Shown: piece after piece, positions 1 through 12,112 of the stretch
Layout: each line of letters begins with the position of its first letter
How positions within the stretch are numbered: the stretch's first letter is position 1
Assembly: GCF_018350175.1 (NCBI RefSeq)
Contig: NC_058368.1
Span: forward strand, 90,584,001 to 90,648,000
Length of the DNA stretch: 64,000 bases
Origin: Felis catus
Taxonomy: Eukaryota
Direction: 5' to 3'
Translations under genes and position numbers: made by a program
Notes under the pieces: model-generated
What the model saw: only the letters and a program-made list of their open reading frames with translations
What the model was told of the DNA's origin: nothing
The model's database searches: none

Positions 1-1479
1 TATCCATTCCTCCGTTGGTGGAAATTTGGGTTGTTCCCAGTTTGGGGCTATTGTAAATAAAGCTGCTGTGAACATTTGCATAAAAGCCTTTGTGTGGACA
101 TGTGTTTTCATTTCTCTTGGGTATGCTAACTCTGTTTCAATTTTTGAGGAAGCCAGACTATTTTCTAAAGCAGGGACCCCATTTTACATTCCCAGTAGCG
201 ATGTGTGAGGGTTCCAGTTCCTTTGTATCCTCACCAGTACTTGTAACTTTCTGTTTGTTTGTTTGTTTTAAATAGGCTTCATGCCCAACGTGGGCCCCAT
301 GGGGCTTGAACTCACGATCCTGAGATCAAGACCCGAGCTGAGCTTAAGAGTTGGACACTTAACCGACTGAGCCACCCAGGCACCCCTGTTTGTTTGTTTT
401 TTAATATACCCATCCTAGTGGGAAAGATCTCAAAAATCACCACCCCCATGAGGCACCTGCCTGATTCAGTCACTAGAGCATGCAACTATTGATCTTGGGG
501 TTGTGAGTTTGACCCCCACATCAGGTGTAGAGATTACTTAAAAATCTTTAAAAAAATCAGGCTGTTATAATGAGATTGACGAGAAATCAATCTAACTCTA
601 TACTGATTACGTTTTTTTAAATTTTAAAGTTTATTTATTTATTTTGAGAGGGAGAGACAGTGTGAGCAGGGAAGGGGCAGAGAGGAAGAGAAAGAGAATC
701 CCAAGTAGGCTCTGCACTGTCATCACCGAGCCTGACTTGGGGCTTGAACCCATGAATCACAAGATCATGATCAGAACTGAAATTGACTCAGAAGCTTAAC
801 TGACTGAACCACCCAGGCACCCCCTGATTAAGTTTTTTAGAAATTGTGTACACATTTACACATTTCTAAATACAAAAGTATGAAGCAAGATAGGTACCAA
901 GAGGTCTATCTGCGCCCCTGTCCCTTCAACCCTCATGTTTCCTCCCCACTAGGTAAATGTTTATATTGATTTATTTCTCCTTCCATTTGAAAATATAAGC
1001 ATATATATTTGTACGTCCTCCCTTTCTTGGATGTTGTAGCATACTGTAAAATCTGTAAAACCCCCTGCTGTCTTCACTTAGTGACATTTCCTTGAGGTCA
1101 CACCTCAGCAGGACATAAGATACTCATTCTTTTTTATAGCTGTATTATATTCTACTGGGTGAACATAGCATAATCTATTCCACTATGAATTCAAAGTTTC
1201 TTAACTGTTTTTTTCTTTTTTTTTTAAATGTTTATTTATTTTGAGAAAGAGAGAAAGAAAGACAGCACACACCCACATGCTCGTGAGTGGGGGAGAAGCA
1301 GAGAGACAGAGATAATCCCAAGCGGACTCTGCACTGATAGCACAAGCCAGACGCGGGGGCTCAATCTCACACACCGTGAGATCAGGACCTGAGCCAAAAT
1401 CCAGAATCAGACACTTAACCGACTGAGCCACCCGGGCACTTCTGCTGTTATTTCTTTCTAAGACTGTGAAATTCACATA

Positions 1480-2990
1480 ACATGAAATTTGCCATCTTAA
1501 CCAGCTTTAAGTGTACAGTCCAGTGGCATGAAGCACATTCACATTCTTGTGCAACCATCACCACCATCCATCCCCATAACACTTTTCATCTCGCAGAACT
1601 AAAATTCTGTACCCATTAAACATCCACTTCCCATTTCACTCCCTCTCCAGCCTCCCGACAACCACCATTCTACTTTCTGTCTATGATTTTGCCTACTTTA
1701 GCTACCTCATATAAAAGGAATCATACAGCACTTGTATTTTTGTGACTGGCTGATTTCACTTAGCATAATACCCTCAAGGTTCATGCACATTGTAGCACGT
1801 GTCAGAATGTCAGACACATTTTGTTTATCCACTGTCAATGGACATGTGAGTTGCTTCCACCTTTTGGCTGTTGTGAATAGTGTTGGTATGAACGTGGGGG
1901 TACAATTATCTTTTTGAGGCCCTGCTTCTAATTCTTTAGCATATATACCCAATGGGATTGCCGGATCAGATAGGAATTCCATGTCGGATTATTATTTAAA
2001 AAATTAAAAAAAAATTTTTTTTAAATGTTTATTTATTTTTGAGAGACAGAGCATTGGGGCGGGGGGAGAGAGAGACACACACACAGAATCCAAAGCAGGC
2101 TCCAGCTCCGAGCTGTCAGCATAGAGCCCAACGCGGGGCTCAAACTCACAGACAGTGAGATCATTACCTGAGCTGAAGTCAAACGATTATTTTTTTTTCA
2201 ATATATGAAATTTATTGTCAAATTGGTTTCCATACAACACCCAGTGCTCATCCCAAAAGGTGCCCTCCTCAATACCCATCACCCACCCTCCTCTCCCTCC
2301 CACCCCCCATCAACCCTCAGTTTGTATTCAGTTTTTAAGAGTCTCTTATGCTTTGGCTCTCTCCCACTCCAACCTCTTTTTTTTTTCCTTCCCCTCCTCC
2401 ATGGGTTTCTGTTAAGTTTCTCAGGATCCACATAAAAGTGAAAACATATGGTATCTGTCTTTCTCTGTATGGCTTATTTCACTTAGCATCACACTCTCCA
2501 GTTCCATCCACGTTGCTACAAAGGGCCATATTTCGTTCTTTCTCATTGCCATGTAGTACTCCATTGTGTATATAAACCACAATTTCTTTATCCATTATTC
2601 ATCAGTTGATGGACATTTAGGCTCTTTCCACAATTTGGCTATTGTTGAGAGTGCTGCTATAAACATTGGGGTACAAGTGCCCCTATGCATCAGTACTTCT
2701 GTATCCCTTGGGTAAATTCCTAGCAGTGCTATTGCTGGGTCGAAGTCAGACGATTAACTTACTGAGCCACCCAGGTGCCCCTCCATGTCAGATTAGTTTA
2801 GGAATCACCAAACTGTTTTCCACAGTGGCAGCATCATTTTACATTCTCACCAACAATGCACAAGGGTCCCAATTTCCTCGGCATCCTCATCAATGGTTGT
2901 TATTTTCTAGGTTTGTTTTGCTTTGTTGTTTTTTAATAGCCATTCTGATGGGTGTGAGGTGGTAGTATCTCATTGTGGTTTTGTGTTTCC
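1480..2990 (-). mobile_element. Old L1 3' fragment interrupted by a CanSINE, itself interrupted by a younger L1 3' end (2190-2741)
   Basis: ORF 1707-1982 encodes an L1 ORF2 C-terminal-like peptide. TSD pairs at 1978-1991/2782-2795 and 2175-2189/2742-2756. Confidence 0.85.
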
Positions 2991-4233
2991 TGTCTTCCAA
3001 TAATACAATTAGTACTGCAATGGAAAGTCTTGTGGGACACCTGGGAGGCTCAGTTGGTTAAGCATCCAACTCTTGATCTCAGCTCAGATCATGATCTCAC
3101 AGTTGGTGAGTTTGAGCCCCATGTTGGGCTCTGAGCTGATGGTGCGGAGCCTGCTTGGGATTCTGTCTCTCCTTCTCTCTGCCCCTCAGCTGCTTGTGCT
3201 CTCTCTCAAAATAAATAAATAAATAAACTTAAAAAAAAAAGCAAAAATCTTGTGTCTAAGGTGGGATGCTCAATCTTGCTTATAATAACAGAAATACAAA
3301 ATAAAAATGCACTAAGATGTCATTTCTCACCTGTCAGGTCAGCCAAAAACCCAAAGCTTTGCAACATACTGTTGGCAAGGCTATGGGAAGCAGGCACTCA
3401 CTCAGTTGCTGTGGGGAAATGCAAAATGGTACAACTGCTTCAAATCAAGATGTGACAACGTAGCAAAATTGCCTGTGCCTTTACCCTTTAGCCTAGCAAC
3501 CCCACTTCCCAGAATCTATGTCAGACACACATCGTAGTATATAAATGGCCCTGAGATGAAGAGCTTGGTAATTTCTGTGGGTAACCTCCTTAGGATCCCC
3601 TTGTTTCTTCTAGGTCTCATTCTCAGGTGGGGTTCTGAGGTCATGGCCACCTCTTGAGCCCTCTCATCTTGAATCCAACCCCTGGCTGGGAGAGCATCCT
3701 GGGCAGGCTTTGCACAAGTGCAATTGGACAGAAAGCTCCCTCTGGAGATTCTGGAGGGGCTCAGGAGGCAATGGATAAATCCTTCTTTCCTCCTCAGGAG
3801 GATGGTTCTGAGATGAATTTCATAAAGAGGCCTAGAATGTCCTGGGAGACTGAGCAGAAGAGACCACCTTGGTAGCCAAGAGTTGTCTTGGCTCTGTCAC
3901 CTCTCCTGGTCACACTCCTTCCCCTGTCACCTCCTAAAGCCACTCCTGGCAGGCTCTGCTTTGTGGGGAAGCCAGGCCAAAATCAGATACAGAACATACA
4001 CTCAGAATAATACAAGCTTGTAAGTGTGTCAAACAGTACGTTTAGTATTTAAAGAGCAGGGTTTAAAACGAAAAGCAAAACTCCTTACTCCTCCCCCATG
4101 CAATTCCACTGCAGGAACCAGTGATGATTTTACCCAGTTTCTCAATGCACAAGCAGGAAGAGGACCTCAGGAGGAATCACCTCCCCAGGTCCAGCCCACG
4201 CGCCCCGCGGTCTCACGCGTTCGAGAGGGGATC

Positions 4234-4252
4234 TGGCGCCCCCTGCTGGTCA
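4234..4252 (-). promoter_or_regulatory. Putative CTCF binding site
   Basis: The minus strand reads TGACCAGCAGGGGGCGCCA, a near-consensus CTCF core, within a small CpG-rich patch. Confidence 0.65.
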
Positions 4253-5789
4253 TGCGGAGACGGAGCTGGTGGTGCCTCCTGAAAGAGCGGCACCTATTCC
4301 ATGGCGCTGTTGGCGCTCAGGCTTGGGTTGCATGTTCCCACTCCCCACGCTGCCTTGAGACTCTGGGTGACCCCCCCCCGGGGTGCCTCACCAGCTAGGA
4401 GCTCAAATCCTCTTCCCCAACTGCCCCCTGCCCCTGACGTACCCGTCCCACTGTCTTCCTGGGAGTTTGCCACTCCAGTATTCCTTTTGGCCAGGTGTCC
4501 TTGGCTCTCTGATAGGCTGGAGTGGTGGAAAGGGCACTGGCTTTGGACGTGACCTGGAGTCCCACTTCTGCTCTGCCCAATTGCTGGGTCTCTGTGCACA
4601 TCTCTGAGCTTGTTCCTTGGAGAATTGGGACTGCTGAGAGGCCCCAACAACAGAGATGGTGGAGCAACCAGGTGGGGGTCTTGACTCTGAAATAGTCCTT
4701 GAACCCAGCTGCCTGAACCTGCATGCTTTCCCTCCCTCTTCACCTACCCAAACCCAGCCCCCCAGCTCCTGACTGCCCCTCCCAACAGTGGTTCTTTCTG
4801 CTCTGTTGGGAAGTTCCTCCAGCTCCCTCCCTCCCACTGAGAGTGACTCTGTCCAGCCCTTGGGCTTGACCACAGGCTTCACTTTATCTTTCATACTACC
4901 CCAGGGCCACAGAGAAGTCTTAACGTTACCCAGACTCCCCCTTGACTCACTAATAACACAACTCTAAAATAATTATTTGTCGGGGGTGCCTGGGTGACTC
5001 ATTCAGTTAAACGTCTGACTCTTAATTTTTCAGCTCAGGTTATAATCTCACAGTTCGTGGGTTCGAGCCCCATATCGGGCTCTGTGCTGACAGTGGGGAG
5101 CCTGCTTGGGATTCTCTCTCTCCCTTCGGTCTGCCCTTCCCCCACTTGTGTGCACACACACTCTCTCTCAAGATACATACACTTTGGGGCGCCTGGGTGG
5201 CTCAGTCGGTTGAGCGTCCGACTTGGGCTCAGGTCATGATCTCACAGTTTGTGAGTTCAAGCCCCGCATCAGGCTCTGTGCTGACAGCTCAGAGCCTGGA
5301 GCCTGTTTCAGATTCTGTGTCTCCCTCTCTCCCTGCCCACTCATGTTCTGTCTCTCTCTGTCTTAAAAATAAATAAAATATTAAAAAAAGATAAATACAC
5401 TTTTAAAAATAATAAAATAATTATTTGTCAAATTCTAGGACCCAATGACTAGGTCTTATCACTTGACAGAGTCAGCCATGACTGGGCAAAACCCAGAGAA
5501 AGGACATGGAAGGTGAGAAGGGAAGGAAGGGCTTTGGTGCAGTGTGGGCATTATGGAGGAGGCCAATCTCTCTGGGGATGTGGCCAGTCCTGACTGAGGA
5601 CTGTCACCTGACTGAGGTGAATCCTTCAAAGGTGAACTGAAACTTATCGGTGCCACCAAGCAGGTGCTCCATGTTTACTGCAAGAGGCATTTCCTCTTTG
5701 ATTTCTGTGTATAAACAGGGACACCCCACCTAGAGTGGGCGGTCTCACCTCTTGTTCATTGAGATTTCTAGTTCCTTTTCCAGGACGAT

Positions 5790-6092
5790 GGGAAAGTTTC
5801 ATTTCTCCAGCCTCTTGAAGAACGGTTTGACCATGTGACTTATTTGGTTAAGGAGCTGTTGACAGAACTATTTGTGTCTCTTCTGGGTGGAAGCCTCTGG
5901 GTGCCACAGTGTTGGTTCCGGATGGTAGAGACACCACCAGCCTGAGTCCTTGAGGGAAGCAAGATGGAGTAGAGCCTCCCTGACCTAAGATAGACGTGTC
6001 CGTCTGAGCAGTGAGAAACCAACTTTGTCTCGTTAAGCCCCTGAGACTTGGAGTTGCTACTGCAGCATAACCCAGCCCATCTTGACTAATGC
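5790..6092 (+). mobile_element. Degenerate MaLR (MLT1-like) LTR
   Basis: MLT1-like 3' end: ...GTTAAGCCCCTGAGACTTGGAGTTGCTACTGCAGCATAACCCAGCCCATCTTGACTAATGCA. Confidence 0.55.
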
Positions 6093-8599
6093 ATCCTAAC
6101 TCCTTTCTGAAATAGTACATGCCACCTAGCAAACAGGCAGGAAGGTGGATTATTCCCTTTGAGACTGTAAGCCCTGTGAATCTAGAATTTATTCTTTATT
6201 TTTAATTTTTTTAATGTTTCTTTATTTTTGAGAGAGAGACAAAGTGTGAGCAGGGTAGGGGCAGAGAGGGAGGGAGATTCCAAAGCAGGCTCCAGGCTTG
6301 GAGCTGTCAGCACAGAGCCTGATGCAGGGCTTGAACTCATGAATCTCAAGATCATGACCTGAGATGAAGTCAGACACTCAACTGACTGAGCCACCCAGGC
6401 GCTCCTAGGATTTATTCTTGAACAATGAATGGCAGGTCAAGGTGTCCTCAAGTCGAGGACATTCAGACTGAGCTGACCATGGTGTGAGCTTGTCTGCTCT
6501 GACCTGGACGCCAAGGTCACGGCTCTTCTGGTAGAGCTGGCCTGTTCATCGTGCTCGTCTGCACTGCAGCCCTGGAGCTGTAGGCTGGAAGTGAACTCTC
6601 TGGAGGCTTCCGGCCATCCCACACCACTCTGGTGAGAACCTGTCCCTCCCTGTTGGAATTCTCCCTGCCCTGTTAGTCAAGCCTCCTCCCTATCTTGTTT
6701 GTTTTTCTGTTTCATATTCACGAATGGCTGGTCAGGAGTGGTTGCAGGCTTCACTCAACATCGCCATCTGTACCAACATGTGTGTAAGGGGAGACGGCGG
6801 GCACAGTGGGGTAATGTGCACAAACTTCTTCATAGGACTCTAATGGGAAAAACTAACTTTGTTTTCGACTTGCCAGCGCCCCCTGCTCTGAGCCTTATCC
6901 CTGCTAATGGGAAACAGCAAACTTGCTCTGTAATAGTGATGATCTCTCCGGATTTATTTTAGTCTTCCAGGTCTTCCAACTTTCAAATTTTCTTACTTTC
7001 CCCCTGCGCAAGCCTGCGTAATCGCTGTTTCCGGCTTCATGGCCACAGGCTTAGCTTTATCTTTCATACTAGCCCAGGGCCACAGAGAACACTGACTGTT
7101 TGAGTTTCACCCTTGCAGAGGGAGCCCCTCACCCAGGTGTGGGGATCAGTCCTGAACTGGCTAAGCCAACCTCAGCAGAGCCATCACCCTGTGCTTGGTG
7201 TCTGGGGCTGAGCACCTGACACAAGTTCTGACCTGTGTCACAGGGGTAGATATCTGTCTTGCCTTGTGGCTTGCTGTAAAAAAGAAACAAAGGAAAAGTA
7301 ATGGAACTTGTTTTTTTTATTTATTTTTGTACGTTTATTTATTTTTGAGAGACAGAGACAGAATGTGAGTGGGGGAGGGGTAGAGAGAGAGGGAGACACA
7401 GAACCCAAAGCAGGCTCCAGGCTCTGAGCTGTCAGCACAGAGCCTGACACGGGGCTCGAACTCATGAGCCTTGAGATCATGACCTGAGCCGAAGTTGGAC
7501 ACTTAACCGACTGAGCCACCCAGGCACCCCAAGAAATTGAATTTGTTACCCAAATCTTCCCCAAAAGAAAGATCCAAGCCCAGATGGTGTCTCATACAAA
7601 CAGAGAATAGAGGAGGGGTGAACACTGGCCACTCAGTTCCTTTTCTGAGGCCAGCACCACCCAGGACAGAAAGCTGGCAAAGAGATTACAAAAGAAAGTT
7701 ACAGACCAATAGGCCAGGTTAACGTAGACTTAAACATCCTTATCAAATATTAGCAAATCAAACCCAACGTTAATGTAAAAAGATAACACATCATGACAGA
7801 GTAGGATTTATTCCAGGAATGCAAGGTTGTTTTAACGTTTGAAAATCAGTCAATGCATGCTTCTCTCACTCAGCCTCCCTGCCAGGCCTGCAGATTATAG
7901 AGCTATGAGCACTTAAACTCCTTACATGTGTTTCAGAATGCAGTACTTTTTGGATTTTAGGAAATTATATGACACCCCCAGCAGGCTCTGAGGCAGCACT
8001 TCCTAATCAAATGCATTAGTTAATGGTTCTGCAGAATATAAAAAATATTCTCACCAAGCAAAGTGACTTAAGACTGCAAATAGCCTCATATTAGATCAGG
8101 TTAAAGTCTTGCTGCCGAATGGCCTCAAATTTAACAAAGTGAAAACATCTTCCTGGGTTTCAAGACTTTTTGAAGGGGCACCTGGATGGCTCAGTTGGTT
8201 GAGCATCTAACTCTTGATTTCGGCTCGGGTCATGATCTCATGGTTTGTGGGTTCCAGCCCTGTGTCAGGCTCCACGCTGACAGCCTGGAGCCTGCTTGGG
8301 ATTCTCTCTTTCCCTCCCTCTCTCTCTGCCCCTCCCCTGCTTGCGCACGCATGCACTCTATCTCTCAAAATGGATGAACTTAAAAAAAAAAAAAAACCAG
8401 ACTGTGTTATAGTTTGGATATGAACCCCTCTTTAATTGTAGCCAATCTTACTGCTGCTTTAATTTGCATTTCTCAACTACTTGTGAGGTTGAGCCCTATT
8501 CATAAGATTTGAGTCATTTATGTGTCTTGTTTCCTTACTGGTCTGTTAAAAATTGTAGGTACAATTGCATACTAAGGATTTTAACTCTTTGCCTTTCAT

Positions 8600-9792
8600 A
8601 TTTATTTTTTTATGATTCAACAATTTTATACATTACTCAGAGCTCATAGTGATAAGTATATTCTTTCTAAAAATTTTTTTTTTATTTTTAGAGAGCAAGA
8701 AATCGAGCAGGGGAGGGGGCAGAGGAAGAGAGAGAGAGAAAGAGAAAGAGAATTCCAAGCAGCCTCCATGCTTAGTGTGGAGCCTGACATGGGGCTTGAT
8801 CCCATGACCCCGGGATCATGACCTGAGCCAAATGATAAGTATATTCTAATTTGGGGTGCCTGGGTGGCTCACTCAGTTAAGCGCCCCACTCTTGACTTCA
8901 GCTCAAGTCATGATATCAATGTTTTGAGAGTGGAGCCTGCTTGGGATTCTCTCTTACCCTCTTTCTCTCGGCCCCTCACCTGCTCATGCACATGCTTGCT
9001 CTCTCACTCTCTCAAAATAAATAAAATTTTTTAAAAAGTATAGTCCCTTTTATCTATTTCTCCCATCCTCCACATTTCTGCCCTCTGATAACCACTATTT
9101 TGTTCTCTGTATTTAAGAGTCTTTCTTTTTTGTGTCTTTTTTTTTCCTTTGCTTGTTCCTTTGTTCCTTAAATCCTACATATGAGTGAAATCATATGGTA
9201 TTTGTCTACCTCTGGTTTATTTCACTTAGCATTATGCCCTTCAGGTCCAACCATGTTGTCACAAGTGGCAAGATTTCATTATTTTGTATGGCTGCATAAT
9301 ATAGTACTCCATTACCTATCTATTTATGTATTTATCTCACTCTTCTTTATCCATTTATCTATCAATGGACACTTGGGTTGTTTTCATATCTTGGCTATTT
9401 TAAATAAAGCTACAATAAACATAGAGATGCATATGTCATATTGAACTAGTGTTTTGTTTTCTTTGGGATAATACCACGTAGTGGGATTACTGCAACATGT
9501 GGCAATTCTATTTTTAATTTTGAAGAAACTCCAAACTGTTTTCCATGGTGGCTGTGCCAATATCCATTTCTACCAACAGTGCATGGGTTCCTTTTTCTCC
9601 ACATCCTTGCCAGCACGTACTTCTTGTCTTTTTTATTCTGACAGGTGTGAGGTGATAGCTCATTGCGGTTCTGAATTTGCATTTCCCTGATGATGAGTAT
9701 GGTTGAGTGTCTTTGCATGTGTTTGTCGCCTGTTTGTATGTCTTCTTTAAAAAATGTCTATTGAGGGCCTCTGGCCATTTTTTAATTGGATT

Positions 9793-9824
<32 letters not shown>

Positions 9825-10520
9825 GGTGATGGGTTTATAAGTTCTTTATAAATTTTGGATATTAACTCCTCATTGAATATATCGTTTGCAAGTATATTCT
9901 CCCATTTGGTAGGTTGCCTTGTCACTTTGTTGATGGTGTCCCTCACTGTGCAAAAGTTTTGTTTTGTTTAGATTTTACTTTATTTTATTTAAGATTTTAT
10001 TTTATTTTTATTTTTAATTTAAAAAAATTTAACATTTATTTATTTTTGAGAGACAGAGAGAGAGAGAGAGCATGAGTGGGAGAGGGGCAGAGAGAGAGAA
10101 AGGGAGACACAAAATCTGAAGCAGGCTCCAGGCTCTGAGCTGTCAGCACAGAGCCCGATGCGGGGCTCATATTCACAAACCGTGAGATCTCGACCTGAGC
10201 CGAAGTTGGACGCTTAAGCGACTGAGTCACCCAAGCGCCCCTTTATTTTATTTTTTAAGAAGTCTCTACACCCAACATGGGGCTCAAACTCACAACCGTG
10301 AGATGAAGAGTTGCATGATCCACTGACTGACCCAGCCAGGTGCCCCTGCAAAACCTTTTTATTTTGGTGTAGTTGCAATAGTTACATTTTGATTTTGTTT
10401 CTCTTACCTGAGGAGACATATCCAGAAAAATATTTCTATGGCCCGTGTCAAAGAAATTATGGCCTTTTTCTTCTAAGAATTTTATGGTTTCCGATCTCAA
10501 TTGCATATTAGGGCTTTTGA
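8600..10520 (-). mobile_element. L1 3' region (ORF2 C-terminus and 3'UTR) interrupted by SINEs
   Basis: ORFs 9446-9718 and 10255-10506 encode degenerate L1 ORF2-like peptides (IIREMQI, KIELP, ETIKFLEE). Confidence 0.8.
9793..9821 (+). repeat. (ATG)n microsatellite
   Basis: About 9 perfect units. Confidence 0.9.
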
Positions 10521-11006
10521 CTCTTTGTCTTTCACATATTTTATAAATATTTTCTCAGCTTATCATTTGCTTTCTATATTTTCTTATATCTTTTTCTAGG
10601 AAAATTTAAAATTTGTGCGCAGTCAAATATATCTCTTCCTTTTGGCTTTCCGGTTTCCAGGTTTAATACTCAGCAATTTCTACTCCAGTTATGTAAATGT
10701 TATTGTTTTCTCTTTTCAAATTTTTTTATTCTGTTTTCTAATACATTGTTTTATATTTAAATATTTATTATGGAATTTTTTTTAACATTTATTTATTTTT
10801 GAGAGACAGAGAGAGATAGAACACAAGCAGGGGAGGGGCAGAGAGAGAGGGAGACATGGAATCGGAAGCAGACTCCAGGCTCTGAGCAGTCAGCACAGAG
10901 CCCAACGTGGGGCTCGAACTCACGGACTGCGAGATCATGACCTTAGCTAAAGTCAGCTCTTAACCAACTGCACCACCCAGGCACCCCTGGAATTTTTTCT
11001 TTTTTT

Positions 11007-11045
11007 GAGAGAGAGAGAGATGGAGAGAGAGAGAGAGAGAGAGCG

Positions 11046-11076
<31 letters not shown>
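11007..11076 (+). repeat. (GA)n microsatellite in a SINE tail
   Basis: Long interrupted GA dinucleotide run. Confidence 0.9.
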
Positions 11077-11079
<3 letters not shown>

Positions 11080-11889
11080 TCAAGCAGGCTCCACACTGTT
11101 AGCACAGAGCCTGACTCAGGGCTCAATCCCATGAACTGTGAGATCATGACCTGAGCCAATATCAGGAGTCAGACATTCAACTGACTGAGCCACCCAGGGC
11201 CCCCCAGTTGAACTTTAATTTAAACCAGTTCTAGGAGCACTTGGCTGACACAGTTGGTAGAGCATGCAACTCTTGATCTCAGGGTTGTGAGTTTGAGCCC
11301 CACGTTGGATGCAGAGATTACTTAAAAAAAATAAAATCATTTAAACCAGTTAGAATGGCATTGTCTACCTAGAACTTCCAAAACAATCTTAAAGAGGAGT
11401 GATAACCCCTGTCTTGATCCAGATTTTAGTAGAAACAACTTTGATATATCCATTTAGTTTGATTGATTGATTGATTTAAGTTTCCTTTACAATTTTGGGT
11501 TCTGGTAAATAGTCTTTATTACATTTAAGTATATTTCTTCTATTCTTTTTAAATTTATGCCCTTATGAGGAAAAGATAGAGAATTCTTTCAAATGTCTTT
11601 CTTTCTTTCTTCCTTTCTCTTTCTCTCTTTCTTCTCATCAAGTGCCTTTCTGAGTATCCATGGATATAATCACAAGATTTTTCTCCTTGATTTACAAGAC
11701 AAGGAATTATCCTTTTTGTTTCCTAGAATACGCCCTGAATGACTTTCCTGTTACTGCTATAGCAAACAACCACAAACTTAGTAGCTCAAACCAACACAAA
11801 TTCATTATATTGTGTTCTAGGAAGAGTGTGCTGGTATTGTATGTGCCCTCCCTGACTTTTCTCTGCACTCTGCTCTGGTTTCCACCCCT

Positions 11890-12056
11890 TTAATTTGACC
11901 TAACCTGCTCTTGCTAAAGGCACTAGTGACTTCCATGTTGCCAAATTCCAGGGCCTCAGTTCCCCTATCTTCTGTCTGAGTCCTCTCACTAGAATTTGAT
12001 GCTGTGGACTGTACTCCCTGTCCCTCCTTCCTCCCTCCCCTTTTCTTTCTTCTTTT

Positions 12057-12112
<56 letters not shown>

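Noticed and set aside
4024..4894. Several overlapping 100-160 aa ORFs, considered as a CBY3-like neighbour expected from human synteny
   Set aside because: No recognisable Chibby-family or other protein motif and no coherent exon structure. Consistent with chance ORFs in GC-rich sequence.
5589..5617. CCTGACTGAGG repeated with 18-bp period
   Set aside because: Too short; a small slippage duplication with no supporting context.
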